DNA of 64,000 nt, from NCBI RefSeq assembly GCF_009914755.1, contig NC_060939.1. One strand, written 5' to 3'. Positions 28,555-46,838 of this stretch are shown piece after piece. Origin of the DNA: the human T2T-CHM13v2.0 reference genome, Homo sapiens. Under the pieces are notes generated by a model. The model was not told the origin of the DNA. It worked only from the letters and a program-made list of their open reading frames with translations, and did not search any database. The translations under genes and the position numbers were made by a program. The stretch's first letter is position 1. Each line of letters opens with the position of its first letter.

Positions 28555-29995
28555 GTGGACCAATAGAACTGAATGGAGAACCCAGAAATAAATTCATATA
28601 TTTACAATCAACTGATTTTTGACAAGGGCACCAAGAACATACATCAGGGAAAGGACACCCCCTTCAATATACAGTGCTGGGAAAACTGGACATCCATCTG
28701 TAGAAGAAATAAACTAGACTTGCTATATCTCTTGACATAAACAAAAAATCAACTCAAGATGGATTAAAGAATTAAACGTAAGACATGAAACTAGTAGTGG
28801 AAAACATAAGGGAAACACTTCAGAACTATGGACTAGGCAAAGATTTTATGGCTAAGACCTCAAAAGCACAGGCAACAAAACCAAAAATAGACAAATGGGA
28901 CTATGTTAAACTAGGAAGCTTCTGCACAGCAAAGCAGAGTGAAGACACAGCCTGTTGAATGGGAGAAATATTTGTAAACTTTTCATCTGACAAGAAACAA
29001 ATATACAGAATATACAGGGAACTCAAACAACTCAACAATAAAAAAAAAAAAACCCCGTTGAAAAATGGGCAAAGGACAAGAATATTTCTCAAAAGACATA
29101 CAAACGCCCAACAGGTATATGAAAAAATGTTTGATGTCACTAATCAGGGAAATGCAAATCAAAACCACAATGAGATATCATTTTAACTCAGTTATAATGG
29201 CTAATAGCAGACAAAAAAATAACAGATGCTACTGAGAATGCAGAGAAAAGGGAACTCATACACTGTTGGTGGAAATGCAAATTAGTATAGTCATTATGGA
29301 TGAAGATATCTCAAAAAAAGAAACTACCATATGATCTAGCAATTCCAATCCCACTACTAGGTATTTATCCAAAGGAAAGGAAACCAATATAAAGAAAATC
29401 AGTATAAAAAAGGGATACCTGCACCCTCATGTTTACTGCATAGCAAAAGATATGGAATCAACCTGTGTGTATAAACGGATGAGTGGATAAAGAAAATGTG
29501 GTATATACACAATGAAATACTATCTGGCCATAAAAATAATGAAATCATGTCATTTGCAACAACATGGATAGAACTGGAGGTCATTAAATAAGCCAGGCAC
29601 AGAAAGACAAGTATCGCATGTTTTCAGTCATATGTGGGAGCTAAAAAATTGATATCATGTAAGTAGAGAGCAGAATTATAGTTTCCAGAGACTGAGAAGG
29701 GGATGTGGAGAGAGGGGAATGAAAAGGGGTAGGTTAATGGGTACAAACATACAAATAGAAGAAACAAGTTCTGATGGGCGACAGTAGAGTAACTATAGTT
29801 AACAGCAACATATTGTATATTCCAAATAGCTAGAAGAGAAGATCTGAAATGTTCCCAGCATGTAGAAATGGTAATTGCTCAAGGAGACAGCTGTCATAAA
29901 TATCCTGACTTAATCATTACACATTCTATGTATGTAACAAAATGTCACCATGTATCCTATAAATAAGTACAAATATTATATGTCGATTAAAAAAA
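28555..29995 (+). mobile_element. L1MA-type 3' fragment (degenerate end of ORF2 plus 3'UTR)
   Basis: acccagaaataaatt...caactgatttttgacaagggcaccaagaacatac...ggaaatgcaaatcaaaaccacaatgagatatca; multiple stops. Confidence 0.92.
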
Positions 29996-30411
29996 CTTGT
30001 TTTGGAACATTAAATGTTTCAGGAAATGCCAACATTTATAATATAAGTAACTTCAGGGCATGGAAATTTAATTCCAGCAATGGTTCTTGGAATTTAATTA
30101 TTAATGGAGGAAAAATGAACTATGGGTTTTTTTTTAAATCTTAATGTTGGGAGGTAGGATACAACATTTCCCTATTTCTTTTCTTCAGTCTTAATTTCCT
30201 TCCCAGACCCAAAATCTCATTACTGCAGCTACAGTTAGTTCTTGCTCAATTTAAGATGTTTCAAAGAAAATATGTAAAATGCTATTCACAAATGCAATTA
30301 GAAATGTGATCACTTATACAACTGTGTGTACATATCACTAAACGCCATTATAATGTACAGCCATGAATAGTATTTCAAACACAATGATTCGAATTAAAGA
30401 AATGTGTTTTT

Positions 30412-30729
<318 letters not shown>

Positions 30730-32090
30730 TTAAGACACTTATGGATTTTATGGTATTAATGAAAATTTGATGTAATTACTAAAGTACTAAGAGGTGGAAT
30801 GGGTGGACTTTTGTTTCAATGATCAACCCACATACTAAATGGAGGTTCCATGATAAAGTTAAGCAGAGACCATTGGTATACTCAGTTATCTGGAGGAGGA
30901 ATAGCAAGACGAAAAAAGGTACCACACATGCGGTGAGAGTGTTATGTGGCTCTTCATGAGTGATGGGTACAGCCATCTGCACAGGGAGGAGCAACTTAAT
31001 CACCAAGGGATGGGACAGAAAGGGGAAGAAGTGTAGGATACTGACACTGGTTATGTGGTTTGACACAGAGTTGGAAATTCTTTATTTTTCAGCTCCTTTA
31101 ACCCCGGCAATGTAACTTCTGCCTCATAAGGTTGTTACCTTCACTTTATGGATCATAAATGGATTCACAAGAGGTTCACGAGAAGGAAGTGGCAGAGTTG
31201 GGCTTCAACACAAGGTCAATGTAGTCCCAAAGTCAATAGTCCTCTAAGTATAGCACACTGAGTAGAGATTAAAGACTGTCAATATTCTAGCTTATCAGAA
31301 AGTGTTTTTAAAAATAGAAAAAAAGAAAAGAGAAAGCACAGGATTTCAGTAATGTTGCAGAAAATATGAAGGATAATGAATCAAAGAATGTGACTTTAGG
31401 AAGAAGAGAATAGGGAAGGGAGTGAGAGGGAGGCAACTGTTAGAAAGCATGCAGTAAGCACAAGATTGATCTTGCCAGAGGTTTTCTAATACAAGGGCAA
31501 TACCATATAACCCACAGAACAATGACGGAGCAGCTGAAGAACCTCATAATAAAGTTGTTGTATATCATGGTGACCCCTGTGCCTGACCCCAATCTGAGAT
31601 ATCCAGTCTACTTCTTTGTGAAACTGATGAATAAGGAATCCTTTATAGGTTTATTACACAACTAGATAGGCAGGGAGACAGTTTTGAGATTGGAAGTACA
31701 AGGAGGAGGACATAATTGGTTACAAGAACCTGGGGAAAGAGGGAAAGTTGTCAGTAAGGTGGATGAGGTGAGAGAGAAAGATAAAGACAATGAAGAAAAA
31801 CAGTATCTGGCTCAGACAGAAGAAAGAAGGTAGAAGTTTCTTTTTCTTAGTGTTTGTAAAAAACTTTATGAGACCACGAAACCAAGCAGTGCTGCTTCAG
31901 GGCCCAGGTGAGAAAGCATGCTTGGTGTTAGAGAAGGGACCATTCTCCCCCATGCCCCATCTACTTCATTCCCTAAGAACTCAAAATGGTCATTGGAAAA
32001 GTCTGCTGTAACCAGCATAGCACCATTTTAATGCAGGGCACCAGAGGCCAGAACAAGATGCTGTGAGGAGGAGGATAGAGGAAAATATGA

Positions 32091-32478
<388 letters not shown>

Positions 32479-33516
32479 TCAATTAAATCCTATGTAAACA
32501 GGAAAGAACTAAGGTTCAATATAATATGTATTATTATTATTAATGTGGCCTCACTGGAACCTATAAACAACAATTTCTGGGTTATTAAGCTTATAGAGGA
32601 TGAAGAAGGAGTAAGTGACACAGAAAAGGATATAAAAAAGAAGAAGCTCAATGAAAAATATCATTTTCTTTTCCCAAAGAAAAGAAAAGAAAAGCAAAAA
32701 CATCCAAATGAAATGGGTTTCTTTGGAAGGTTTGCTATCATTGAACATTTTCAAGTGCATGTTGATGACTAATTGACAGAAATTCTAAGGAAATTCTGTT
32801 TCCACAGACCTGTAAGTCCTTCTTAATACCTCCCCCTCTCAGATTCCAATCCATTACTAGATCCGATTGATTTTACTTCTGTGTGAAAGAGCATATGCTT
32901 GGATGAGTTGGCCTTCAGAACCGCTTCCATTCTGAGCCAGTATTTTGTGTACATTATGTTATACAATCTTCTTGAAAAGGCAAAGAATGTTTGCTCTCTT
33001 AAGCTGTATTCCATAATACTCCAAATCATAAATTTTTCGTTTCAAATACAAAGTAGACCCCAATCATCAACATTTTTTTGATTCAGTTAATTAGACAATT
33101 CCTTAGCACACATAATTTGATCCACTGATACTTAAGGGATCAATCAAGTGTTTCTAGCCCCAATACTAGCCATTATATTCTTGAGAGCATAGGATCATAT
33201 TCAGCATATATGATGTAGTTTTCCATGTTGCCAGCTCCCATACTGTGAATATTACCAACGACAAGATCCCTGTGTAACCCATATTTAGACTTATAGAATA
33301 GCGGGACAATCAGAAATCTTTCCGCATTTCACACTTTAGTGTTTCCAACAAGCCAAGTGCAATTCTTCAATTACATCAGGATTTCTTTTTCAAATCTGGG
33401 TGCCAACCCACAGGGCTAGATAGGGAATTTGTTACACTGAGAACTTTTAGAAAGAATTTTTCTTATCACATCTGCTTTAAATAGTAAAACTAGTTTCCTT
33501 TCAGAGGAGGAAACGA

Positions 33517-33868
<352 letters not shown>

Positions 33869-34574
33869 TAAGAGCTAGGATTTCAATTATGGAGACTTCC
33901 TAGGTTATTTCAAGGGAAAGAATTGACATTCTGGAAGAAAACCTCCTCACTCTTCTAAGTTTTACCATCTATTTTCTTCTTTCACTACCTCTATTTTGAA
34001 AGAAATTCAAGAAGGTAGGGAGCCCCTATTTCTCTATATCTCTTCCCATTTCCTTTGCTTTTAAATAAAGAAATGAATCTTCAAAAACTAAGCTTAGAAC
34101 ACTTTACACAGTGTGGGCTATATATTTTCTGGCCTGACAACTGCTAGGTATGGCCTCAGTGAAGTCAAAATTTAGTGCCCATTAAAGCAGAGAAAGCTGA
34201 AAAACAGCACTCTTCCCATCCCACACACACACTTAGAAGAACTTTTCACATGGATGCCAAAATCATCCAAGAAATTCTCACCCATATATTGTTCCCTTCA
34301 AATAAAGGGTTCTGCCCCAGTCAAATATTTTTTATTATTGTCAAAGTTGAACTGAGGCTACAATGCCTCAAAATTCCATAATGCCTCATACTTTCTTAAG
34401 GAACCTCACATACATAATTTTATTTAAATAAGCAATTTATCCGAATATTGTAGCAAGATCAATATGTAAAGACGTGAGACATGTGAATTTTGCTGAAGAA
34501 AGTTTGAGAGAAATAGTCGGTTAGAGGGCCCCAAAGCAAATGGTACATTTTCCTTTTAAAAATCATTCCTGAGG

Positions 34575-35037
<463 letters not shown>

Positions 35038-36195
35038 TCAGACATTTTCCTCCACACTATTTCACATGGATAATTTGTCTTTAAGCACCTCTAACCAGCC
35101 TCTTTATATTTCCTTTCTTCTCACTTGTAATACTTTCTCTTTCCTGTCCCTATAAAAATTCACTCAATTCACTCTAAAAATATGACTAGATATAAATCAT
35201 TTCATTCTTGACTATATATGTTAGCCTTCACAGGAAGATTATCATTTTCAGGGTCACCCTGTCGGTGGAGAATGATAGGTTGTGAAGTCAATTAAAGGAA
35301 TCCAGCTTCACTTAAATAGAAGTATTAATATGGTCAGGGGTCTTCGCAGATGGCAAAGTCCTAATGCTTCTACCTGCAGCTAAGACACTGCTTAAGAACA
35401 TCAAGAGTGTTTCTATGCTTTGGTTCTCAAGCAAAAGATGAAGGAACAGTCTATGCCTTTAAATAATTAAGATAATTACTGCTGCTTAGTGATCACTCAC
35501 CACGTACTGGCCACTCTTCCAAGGGCTTTACCTGTTTTAACACATTGATTTTTACAGAAAAGCCTGTGAAGTAGGTACTATTATTATCTCCATTTACAAG
35601 GAAGAAGCTGAGGCACAGGAGGGTAACTTGTCCAGGGTCACACAGCTAGTAAGCTGCTGAGCTGCAATTTGAACCCAGGTGCTTTGACCCAGAGCCCTGG
35701 CTCTTGAAATTCCTTACAGGACTGATTGGGGACAATAGGTCTTATTCAGAAAACAGGCCTACTCATTTACTAATTCCTCTTCTTTAGGTCATAGAATATG
35801 GAGCACTCACACCATGTACAACTGGTCTAAGACTGATCAGTCTTCACCTGAGATGGTTTCTACCAGGGCAGGGCAAACTAAGAAAAAAGCAGTGTCAGAA
35901 GGCTTGGACTCAAGTCCAGCTTTGCCAATTACTAACAGTACTCTTGTGCAAGTCACTTAACCTCATTGCACCTCAGTGTCCTCATCTGTAAAAAGGCCTT
36001 TTGTTCTCCCTACTTACAGTGCAATTCCATAGTCCCCCCTGCAAAGAAATGAAACCCACTCACCAAATTACTTTTCTAGGTAGACAGTAAATTCAGCGCA
36101 CAAATAGGATCAGAACCCAGATTTCCAGAGCCAAAAGAGATACCACAAGACAGTAAGGGGTGAAAACAGGCAAAGGAAATGGTGTAAGAAATTTA

Positions 36196-36505
<310 letters not shown>

Positions 36506-38680
36506 ATGTAAATATGAGGCGGGTACGGGCAGGAAGAAGCCAATCCTTCATCAGGAATATGAAAACTAGAAAAAAAGCAAATGAAGTGTCAAAAATAAGT
36601 AACAGCACTGAATGTAAAAAAATTTAAATGAATGAAAAATGAATGAACTAATCAATGCATGTTATTTCCACTTCTATTCTAGAAGAACATTCACTGTTAG
36701 CTTAAATGAGACCCAGGACACAGTCACCGCTTCACTCCAGCACTTCCAAGGTTTTTCTTTCTGCTTTGATCCAAACGCTATTTGCACTTAACATGTACCA
36801 TCTGAGGAGGTGCCTTTAATCACTCCCTCCTGGCCTGTGTATAAAGGCAAAAATTTTCAACTTGAGACTGTCTTGGGCTTTTATCTGCCAGTCTCAATGG
36901 TTTATGATGTCTCCATATCCTGCTCTCGGTCTCAAGTCTGTTTAGCTACCTCTGTTAGATTGTTTTGTCCAATCCTAACCATGCCCATGAACTTACACTT
37001 TTGGTTTCCTTGAGGCCTATTCCTCATAGTCTTGAAGGCAAGGGTTTCCCTCCCTCCTTAACCCCTAGCACAGCTTTAGGACTATACTGCCTCGGTTAAA
37101 ATCCCAGCTCTTCCACTTAGCACATTACATAGTTAAGTAATCTTTGTGAGCCTTAATTTCTAATCCCTAAAGTTAGTCAATACCTGATAGATACACTGGC
37201 ATTCAGAATACAGTGACTGGTACATAGTAAGTACTATATAAGTAATTGCTACTATTATGTGCTTCAGATCCTCATTATTCAAGAATAGAATCCCAATACA
37301 CCCTGCCTTCTATTGGCAATGAACCTTTTGCAATGTATTGTTCCTATTTGATTAAAGCCTCTCTAAAGGGAAGACTGTCATTGTCACCATCTTTGTATTC
37401 CCTTCAGTACATAAAACATGACACATATTCAGTAAATAGTGGATTAAAATGTAATTATCTAAAGATACAAATCCAACCTGCGTCTCTGCCTGAAAATCCA
37501 AGCATATTATTATTTGTAGCCAGCAATAATGATTAATGACAGCTTGATCTTTACTTTCCAATAAACACAACAATTAAAGTAGACAATAAAATCATAATTA
37601 GGAACAAAATTGGCTTTCCACCATTAGAACATATATCAAGGAGAGAAAAATATGAAAAGTATAAAAATTCAATAGGAGAATAACAGAATAAATTGATACC
37701 AAACTTTCCATTAAAAATCAAATTTAAATGGCAGTAGGAAATGTGAAAAGTAAAGAAAAAATTTTTTAATGCTCTCAGAGACTAAACAAGGGAAAAAAAT
37801 GGATCTATGAAATGTTGATCCATCCCTGATAGAAAAATGAAAGGTATGATTTCAGGATTCTAACATAAACTGAAAAAAATATATTTTTGCTCTTCCTTTT
37901 GCCTGAACTGCCCCAGAATCTTTATGACTCAATCTGGGGGTACCTTTAGATATCTGCTCAAATGATGCCTCATTAGAAAGGCTTCCTTGGTCACCCAATT
38001 TAAAATAGTGCCTACGGCCACCGTCACTGTTGAGTCCCTTTCCCTGAGGCATCTGTCTCCATGGAACTTGTCATCTGCCACATTATATTTCTATTGGTTA
38101 CATTCTGTCTCCCCTACAACTATAGAATGTAACTGTCATGAAAAGAGTTTTGTTCACTGCCATGTCCTATGTTTCAGAGATTAACTAGAAAATCATGGGT
38201 GATCAATAAAAATCTGTCCATTGAGTGAATCACTTATTAATACAAATATTAACAAATATATATGGAAAGTGTTTAAAATAGTGCCTGGCACATAATGGGC
38301 CCAGTTAGCTATTTTTAATAGGAATAGAAATAGTAGCATTCCTTCCTTGCTTCTTTTTGATTGATTGGTAAGAAAAGTCTTCTGCCTTGAGTGACTAGAA
38401 AAAAGTAGGAAGCCTTAGATAAGTAAGGAGCTGGGAGGCAGCTTTGAAATCAGGAGCGTAAATACTTACTTTATTTAGGGGACAACTGGAATTTACTAAT
38501 CTGCTCTGTAGTACAGCATGGGCAAAGAGCAGCTTTAGTGGAATTAACATAACAATGTGGGAGGAAAAACAAGGCAGGAATCAGAACCCTGTGGGTGAAA
38601 ACATTGCACAGGAGCCCAGGGCCAGAGCACAGCGTGTCAGTGAACAGAAGCTGCTGCCATGATTTAGTCCACCTTCTTAC

Positions 38681-38745
38681 CTAGATCAGCCTTCGCTTGG
38701 GCAGGGTCCAGATGCGGAGATGTGAAAAACGTGATGCCACCAGGC
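38681..38745 (-). other. FMN1: FMN1 5'UTR exon (65 nt)
   Basis: Acceptor poly(T)-ACACAG|GCCTG and donor CTAG|GTAAGA. Short CpG-retaining unique segment within repeat-rich intron. Confidence 0.8.
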
Positions 38746-38977
38746 CTGTGTAAAAAAAAAAAAAAAAATCAAGGCTCACCTGAAGTAATTTGCACATTAG
38801 GTGTGTATGTGTTACTGTGTTTCTTATATATATTAGGTGGCTAATTTGAAGGGGCTTTCAGAAATTGGGGATCACAATGCTGACCCTTTAAGGTCTTCTG
38901 GAGTAAGTCTAGGGAACAGACGATCCTGCCTCTTCCGTGAGATAACCCTAATCTCCCACCTAAACTACTGCCTAGCA

Positions 38978-39090
38978 TAGGGTAACCAACCATGCTGGGT
39001 TGCTTATGATTGAAGAGTTTCCAGGATTCAGACATTTCAGTGCTGAAACCAGCAAAGTTGCAGGCAAGCCAGTACCAGTTGGCCATCCTG
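38978..39090. mobile_element. MER81-like hAT MITE
   Basis: TAGGGTAACCAAC...GTTGGCCATCCTG inverted termini, ~113 bp, internal TTTCAGTGCTGAAACC. Confidence 0.7.
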
Positions 39091-39156
39091 TATCCTTGTA
39101 AGCCTGCGTATGCTCATCTACTTAGTGTTCACACTGCAATGAGAACAATCATTTAA

Positions 39157-39575
<419 letters not shown>

Positions 39576-40163
39576 TGAAAGGCTCCGTGTGGTCAGGCCC
39601 CTGTTGATTTTTCCAGCTTAATTTTTGCATCACATCACAGCCAGTTTCCTTTTGGGGGCTCACATGAGGCCACTCCCTTCTGCTATAAGGGTTCCTTGCA
39701 TGATGTTCCTCCTGCATGGAATATGATACCCATCTCTCTTTCACATAGTTTTACTTCTAAAAATTTTTCAGATCATTTTACTCCTAAACTGTTTTCATAT
39801 AGTAGCTCCATAACTGTCACTTTTTCTGAGATGTCTCTCCTGCCTCTTCCGAGCAGACAAATCCTCTTCCATGCCCTTTGGGAGCTGCAGCCACTGCTGT
39901 TGGCGCCCACCATATACTCTTGACATGACCTCCACACACAAAAGCTGCTCGCTGCAAACACCTGTGACTTTCTGCCCGATGGCTTTCTTACTGCACGTGG
40001 AAGCACCTTCCCCAGCACACAGGATGGTATCAGATGAGATTAGAGCAACAGGTAGGAGTCAGATCAGGGAGGCTTTCGGGGCTGTGATATAGAGTCCAAA
40101 TTTTATTCTAAGTTCAATGGAAAGTTATTGGAGAGTTTTGCATTGCGGAGAGACAAGATCTGA

Positions 40164-40495
<332 letters not shown>

Positions 40496-42968
40496 GTGAT
40501 TATATTCTTAAAAGGTCACTCAGACTGCTCTATGGAAAATAGATTGTGAAAGGGTACATCTGGAAGCAGAGAGAAGCCAGTCGGGAGGTTAGTGTAGTAG
40601 GCAAGATTATTTTTCTAGCTGGAATCATTGGAAGTACAACTGAAAGCATAATAAAAAGTGGCTTTTTGTAACAGCAGCAGGAGCCTTCAAGTCTAGGGTC
40701 AGCTAAGAAAGCAACTTACCTGAGAGGTCCTCTGAAGTCTGGCTCATTCAAGTGGGTTCTTAGAAATGGGTGAAAATCTTACTCTTCTCATGCATAAAGC
40801 AGGGATAATGAAAAAAATGTTTGAGAAACACTGTTCTAGAATCTCAGGCAGGCTGTAGGCTCATTTTTAGGGCCATCCATTGCTCTTAAGCTGGCCTGGA
40901 ATGGCCCCTGGCCTCCTTGACTAATCGCCCTCAACCTGCCCTATCACCTCACATTTCTTCAGCTCTGTACAGACACTGACTAATTCACCTACTCAGTGGG
41001 AAGATGGTCCAGTCAGATAAAATGGTCTATTTTCAAGTCAGCCTCTCTAAACACAGATACTCCTGTTTGGACACCCTCGAAGTATACAAGTGAAGGAAGG
41101 AAGTGTTAGGAGTTACATAGGGTGATGCAGATACCATGCATCTCAGCGGGATCTCTCCTTCCAGGTTTCATGCTTCTCTTTCTGCCCAGGCGCCATCTAC
41201 CTCTCACTGGATGAATTCCTATGTGTTCAACAGAGCCCAACCACAAATGTCACCCACCCTGGAAATCCAGGAGGAAAAAAATTTATTCCTTTTTTTGAGC
41301 ATCTAAAGCACTCTGTAAAAATAGCATTAACAGCTACTATTACTTGAGCACTTGTGGCAGGGATTATGATAAACATTTTGCCTGAATTATTTCATTTAAT
41401 TTCCCCATTGTTAACCACTTTTTACAGACAGGAAACTGGGGCTTAGAGCAGCGAAGGGGCTTGCTCAGTGTCAGAAAACTAATAAATGATAGAATGAAGA
41501 TTCAATACCAAGCAGCCTCTTCCCCTCTAGACCTTAAATACACTGTCCTATGACTTACACCACTGTGTTATAATCAGCAGCTCACGTGCCTCTTTCCTCT
41601 ATTACTTCCACCATAAATGACCAAGGCCTGCTGTCATGAAAAGAGAATGACTTACAATCAAACCCTGTTGTATAACTTTAGGATATTACTTACTGAGACT
41701 CAGCTTCCTCATTTATAAAATGGAGAAAACAAATGCCTACCTAATAGGTTGTTGTCAAGATAAAATTAGATAGAACTTTTAATGCACTTACCACAGTAAG
41801 TGGCACATAAATGCTCATTCAATTAAACAAGTATTATTTGAGGGCCTGTGGAATGCCAGTCCTTACGATGGACACTGAGGATAGAGAAATACCAAAATGT
41901 CTCTCATGGAGCTAACACATGAGAAATTTAATATATGTTGATTGCTCTTACTTCTTGAGGACAGAGACTGTGTGTTACTCAACATCGAATTTCTATAGTT
42001 TAATCATGCCTAGCACCGAGTAGACACTCAATAACATTTCAGTGAATTAGTAATAATGGGTTACATAATTTCATACACCCAAAGTAGTGGGGATTATGAA
42101 TGACTGTTTCAAATTGGTGGGTTGACATTTATCAAACAGTAGGAAGAATTGAAAGCAAAGTACAAAAATAGCATACCCAGAGGTTGTATGCACTAAATTC
42201 ATTTAAGCATAGAGTTACTACTAAATAACTTTCAAAATATTCTCAGGACAAAATGGAATGTTATAACCTGAATAATATAGAAATAATAACACATCTAATA
42301 CTCAGGAGGTGGGGAGAAAGGGTGGGGAGGATGTTTCAAAAGTGTTACTCTTTCAAGAAAGAAAGTCAACTGATACTGTCTAAAGAAGACACTAATTTAT
42401 AAAAACAGCAATATAATCACAATGACTTTAACTTCATGATTTTTTTTTGGCCAGAGAAACTTTTAAAAAATATATGTATCTCAAGGATATATCTTGAAAT
42501 AAGGTAAACTTATTGGTTTCACCATTCTTTTAGTTTCAATTCAGTTTCTTTTTATTGCTTGAAATTCAAGAAAAACTAATGTATTGTTTTCGTTATAAAC
42601 AGCATCTCTATTCATTTTTATAAAAGCATTTCTACCTAAACATCCATGCAGGTAGATTCATAGAGAGACAGACAGACAGCTGTCTGAAATGATATTACCT
42701 AAGGTTAACAATTGGAATGATAGTATTTGAGATTTTTAAAATTTATCTTTGTAACGTAATGCCTTATATGAATTCTTGAAACCAACATACATCATTTTTT
42801 AAAAAAGTATTTCCTACTCTTTCTAAAGAAAAAATATGGCAAGATATAGTTAATTCTTCCTGGTAGGAATATAGATCATTGTTATTTTCTTCTTTTCCAC
42901 ATTTCAAAAATGATTTTAAAAAATTTATATCAGACTGTACATCCATAAGTAAATTTCTTCCCTTTTAA

Positions 42969-43289
<321 letters not shown>

Positions 43290-44031
43290 TAATTTAGACC
43301 TTTTTTTACTTATGTTGCAAATCGTATCCTTAAAATTACTTGAGAATCCAGTTTACAAAGCGGAAAAGACTGTATTCTTTTGAATGCTCTTTATAAATGT
43401 AATCCACTTAAGTAAATGAAGAGCTGATGAATATGCTACGTTATATGTGTGCTTATATTGTTAAAGGTTTTTACATGAAGAGAGATTATGAAAAGCTTCA
43501 CGATACCAGACTATGTCTAATGGGGTCATTAAGTTCAGGATTTTCAAACTAAGTGGATTTCCTTGTCCTTCTTGTTTAAAGCATGATTATTGAAGGTTAG
43601 CATCTGCTTGCTGTGGTAAGTGACAAACTAGAGTAATCCAGTTCTCAACCCCAAGTTAAGAATAATAATTTAAAATACACAACAGTTGCATAGTCGTAAT
43701 GTTTTGGAGGTTGTCAATAAAATACCTGAGCCACCTGTTTAGGTGCCATGGCAATATCTTTTTTCATTTATTTGGGAAAAGTTTGGGAGAAAAGTTGGTA
43801 GTCCTATTGGTTCCTTAAAATAATTCAAGGAATCTATTGTTTCCTGTAGAAATTCAGTATTCTCTGGGTTTTGTATTATTATATTAATATTATAGAAGGT
43901 GTTTTCTATTTGAGTAAAACACTGCCTGTGAAAATTTTAATTACCGTTAATTCCAATTTAGAGAATAGAAAGTAAATTTTTGTTTCCTTTACTTTTTAGA
44001 GAAGTCTTATTTCAATGAAAATTTGTAGTAA

Positions 44032-44356
<325 letters not shown>

Positions 44357-45169
44357 AGGAAGAAGTTTTTTATAAATTATATTCATGAAATGCTTTCATG
44401 CCTATTGAATTCTATAAAAATGCAGGTTGGAATTTCTAGTCTACAAGTTAATAATAGTCATAGGGAAAATGATGGAATCTTAGATTTAAAGAAAACTTAG
44501 ACATTATTCATCTCATCCCACCTCCTTCCCAAGGCTGGGCCCTCTCCTTCAATGCAACCTTTGTGAATGGTTCTCCAGTCTCACCTTGAGCTCTTCTATT
44601 GCAAAGAGTTCTGTGCCCCAAAAGGAAGCCTCATGGCCTTCCAGACAGCTCTAAATGTAAAAAAAAAAAAAAACCTCTCCTTTTCTAAGTCAAAATCTAT
44701 TTCCATTCATTTATTTTCATTGGTGCTTTTTTCTCACTTCCAGAGCTGCAGTGAGTATATCCAACTCCTTTCCTGCCCAATGGCCCTTTAAACACCTGAC
44801 CACCAATCATGTTTCCTGAGACACTTTCTCATGCTGAGTAAACCATCCCAGGCCCTTCAGCAAGCCCTCAAATAGAAAAGTGTTTAGCCTCGAAAATCCT
44901 ACATATTTCTGACTGTTCTCTAGTTTATCAGTGACCCTGCTACAAAACAGTGCTGACAGTTTTAAATGTTCCTCAAAAAAAAAAATAAATAAAAGTGAAA
45001 GTTTTGCCAGGATCACAAATACAGTTCTTGCAACTGTCACTTTAAATTATTAGAAAAACACATCTTAAATAGCCAGATTCTATCTTACTATCTCTTCACC
45101 TATCTTAAGTTTCAGTTTCCTCTTCATCATGTTTTTCTTTCTTTGCAAATTTGAAGACCATTCTTAAGT

Positions 45170-45600
45170 TTCTCTTGGTTGCGAGCAAATGAAACTGATT
45201 TTGGCTACCTTAAGCAAAAAGAGAAGCATATTGAATCTCATGAAATTCATGGGCAGTTTCATAAAATCAGAGAAAGAGTAGAAAGGCCAAGAGTTGGAAG
45301 AAGAGAAAGCAGAGGCTTCCAGTGGCCTCCTGCATCAGGCTCACAGGTATCTCCCTGGAGCACTTCTCTTACTGCGACTTAACTCCAGTGACTCTTAGTC
45401 AATGCAGTCCTTCAACCCAAAACTCCAGTTTTGGGAAGACATTCCATCTGGCCCACCTTGGATCAGATTTCCAGATCCCTGGTTTAACTAGTCCTGCCCA
45501 GGAACAGAGTCATGTCTACAGGGACCCCACACCTATATATTGGGGTCATTCCCAGAGAAAAGAAAGTAGATATGAACAAGGCAGACATCCCCAATTGCTG
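45170..45600. mobile_element. Old MLT1-like LTR fragment
   Basis: tcttggttgcgagcaaatgaaactgattttggctaccttaagcaaaaag resembles the start of old MLT1 LTRs. Confidence 0.45.
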
Positions 45601-46537
45601 TACTTCTAAAAAAAGTAATATTCAGAAACATTGATATTAATCTATGTTTACTTTTATTTCTCCTTGTATTTTCCCCTTTGCTTAACCCCCACTAAGGCAG
45701 GTATTAGAATTGGAATTCATTGCATCAGGAGAGGTATGTGGTAAGGAGAAAAAGATAAATAGCCTGTGATTATTCCTAGATTGTGTTTCTCAAAATTCTA
45801 AACTCTTAGAACACAGGGAATTTCTTGAAGCATGTAAAAAGGAGTGAGATTTATCAACACAAAGAGTCCTGAAGAACCCTGAAAAAAGAATTATCTCCCC
45901 AGGGCTGTTGGGAAAGGAAGGCAAGAGGCTTGTGGATGCTGGAGGAAGGACACCCAGGCCCTACTTCCTGGCAGTGTCCCCAGAGAGGTCACAAGACCCT
46001 AGAGCCCTGCGTGCTATATCTAGGTAAGTAGGAACCATAGGAAATGTCAACAAAAGAATTCTGTGGGTCAAGCTCCAATGGGACACAGCCACAGATGACT
46101 ACAACTGAGAGAGCTGGGAGAGCAGAATTACTGGGTGCTACAGAGTAACCCATGCATTCTGATGCCTCAATGACCAGAAGGTCCCTCTTCCCATGCCGTG
46201 GCACTGTCAGTCCCCTGGAGCCTTGACACAACTCTGGGGGGTGGTATAATACTGAGAAGGACTGAGGTTAAGTTTTCCACTTTTCCAGAAAGAAAAGGCT
46301 TGAAATAGAAATGAACATGGTTTCTAAAAAATAAAGAGATAATTTTCATATACCTGTCTTTGTAGATGGAGACTCTTATCTGCAAGGCTTGAATGAAAAT
46401 GACAGGAGTAAAATGAAAATTGAGTAGTTCTGCTTCCTTGCTCTCTGTGAATTTGGCCCATCTTTTTCAAGCAGCTGGATTTGTACATCATGCACTGATT
46501 GAAATGCTAAAAGCCCTCTTTTTAAAAAGTCAACTTT

Positions 46538-46838
<301 letters not shown>

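Noticed and set aside
28901-29584. ORFs in the L1 fragment
   Set aside because: Decayed remnants of the L1 ORF2 end, with stops and frameshifts.
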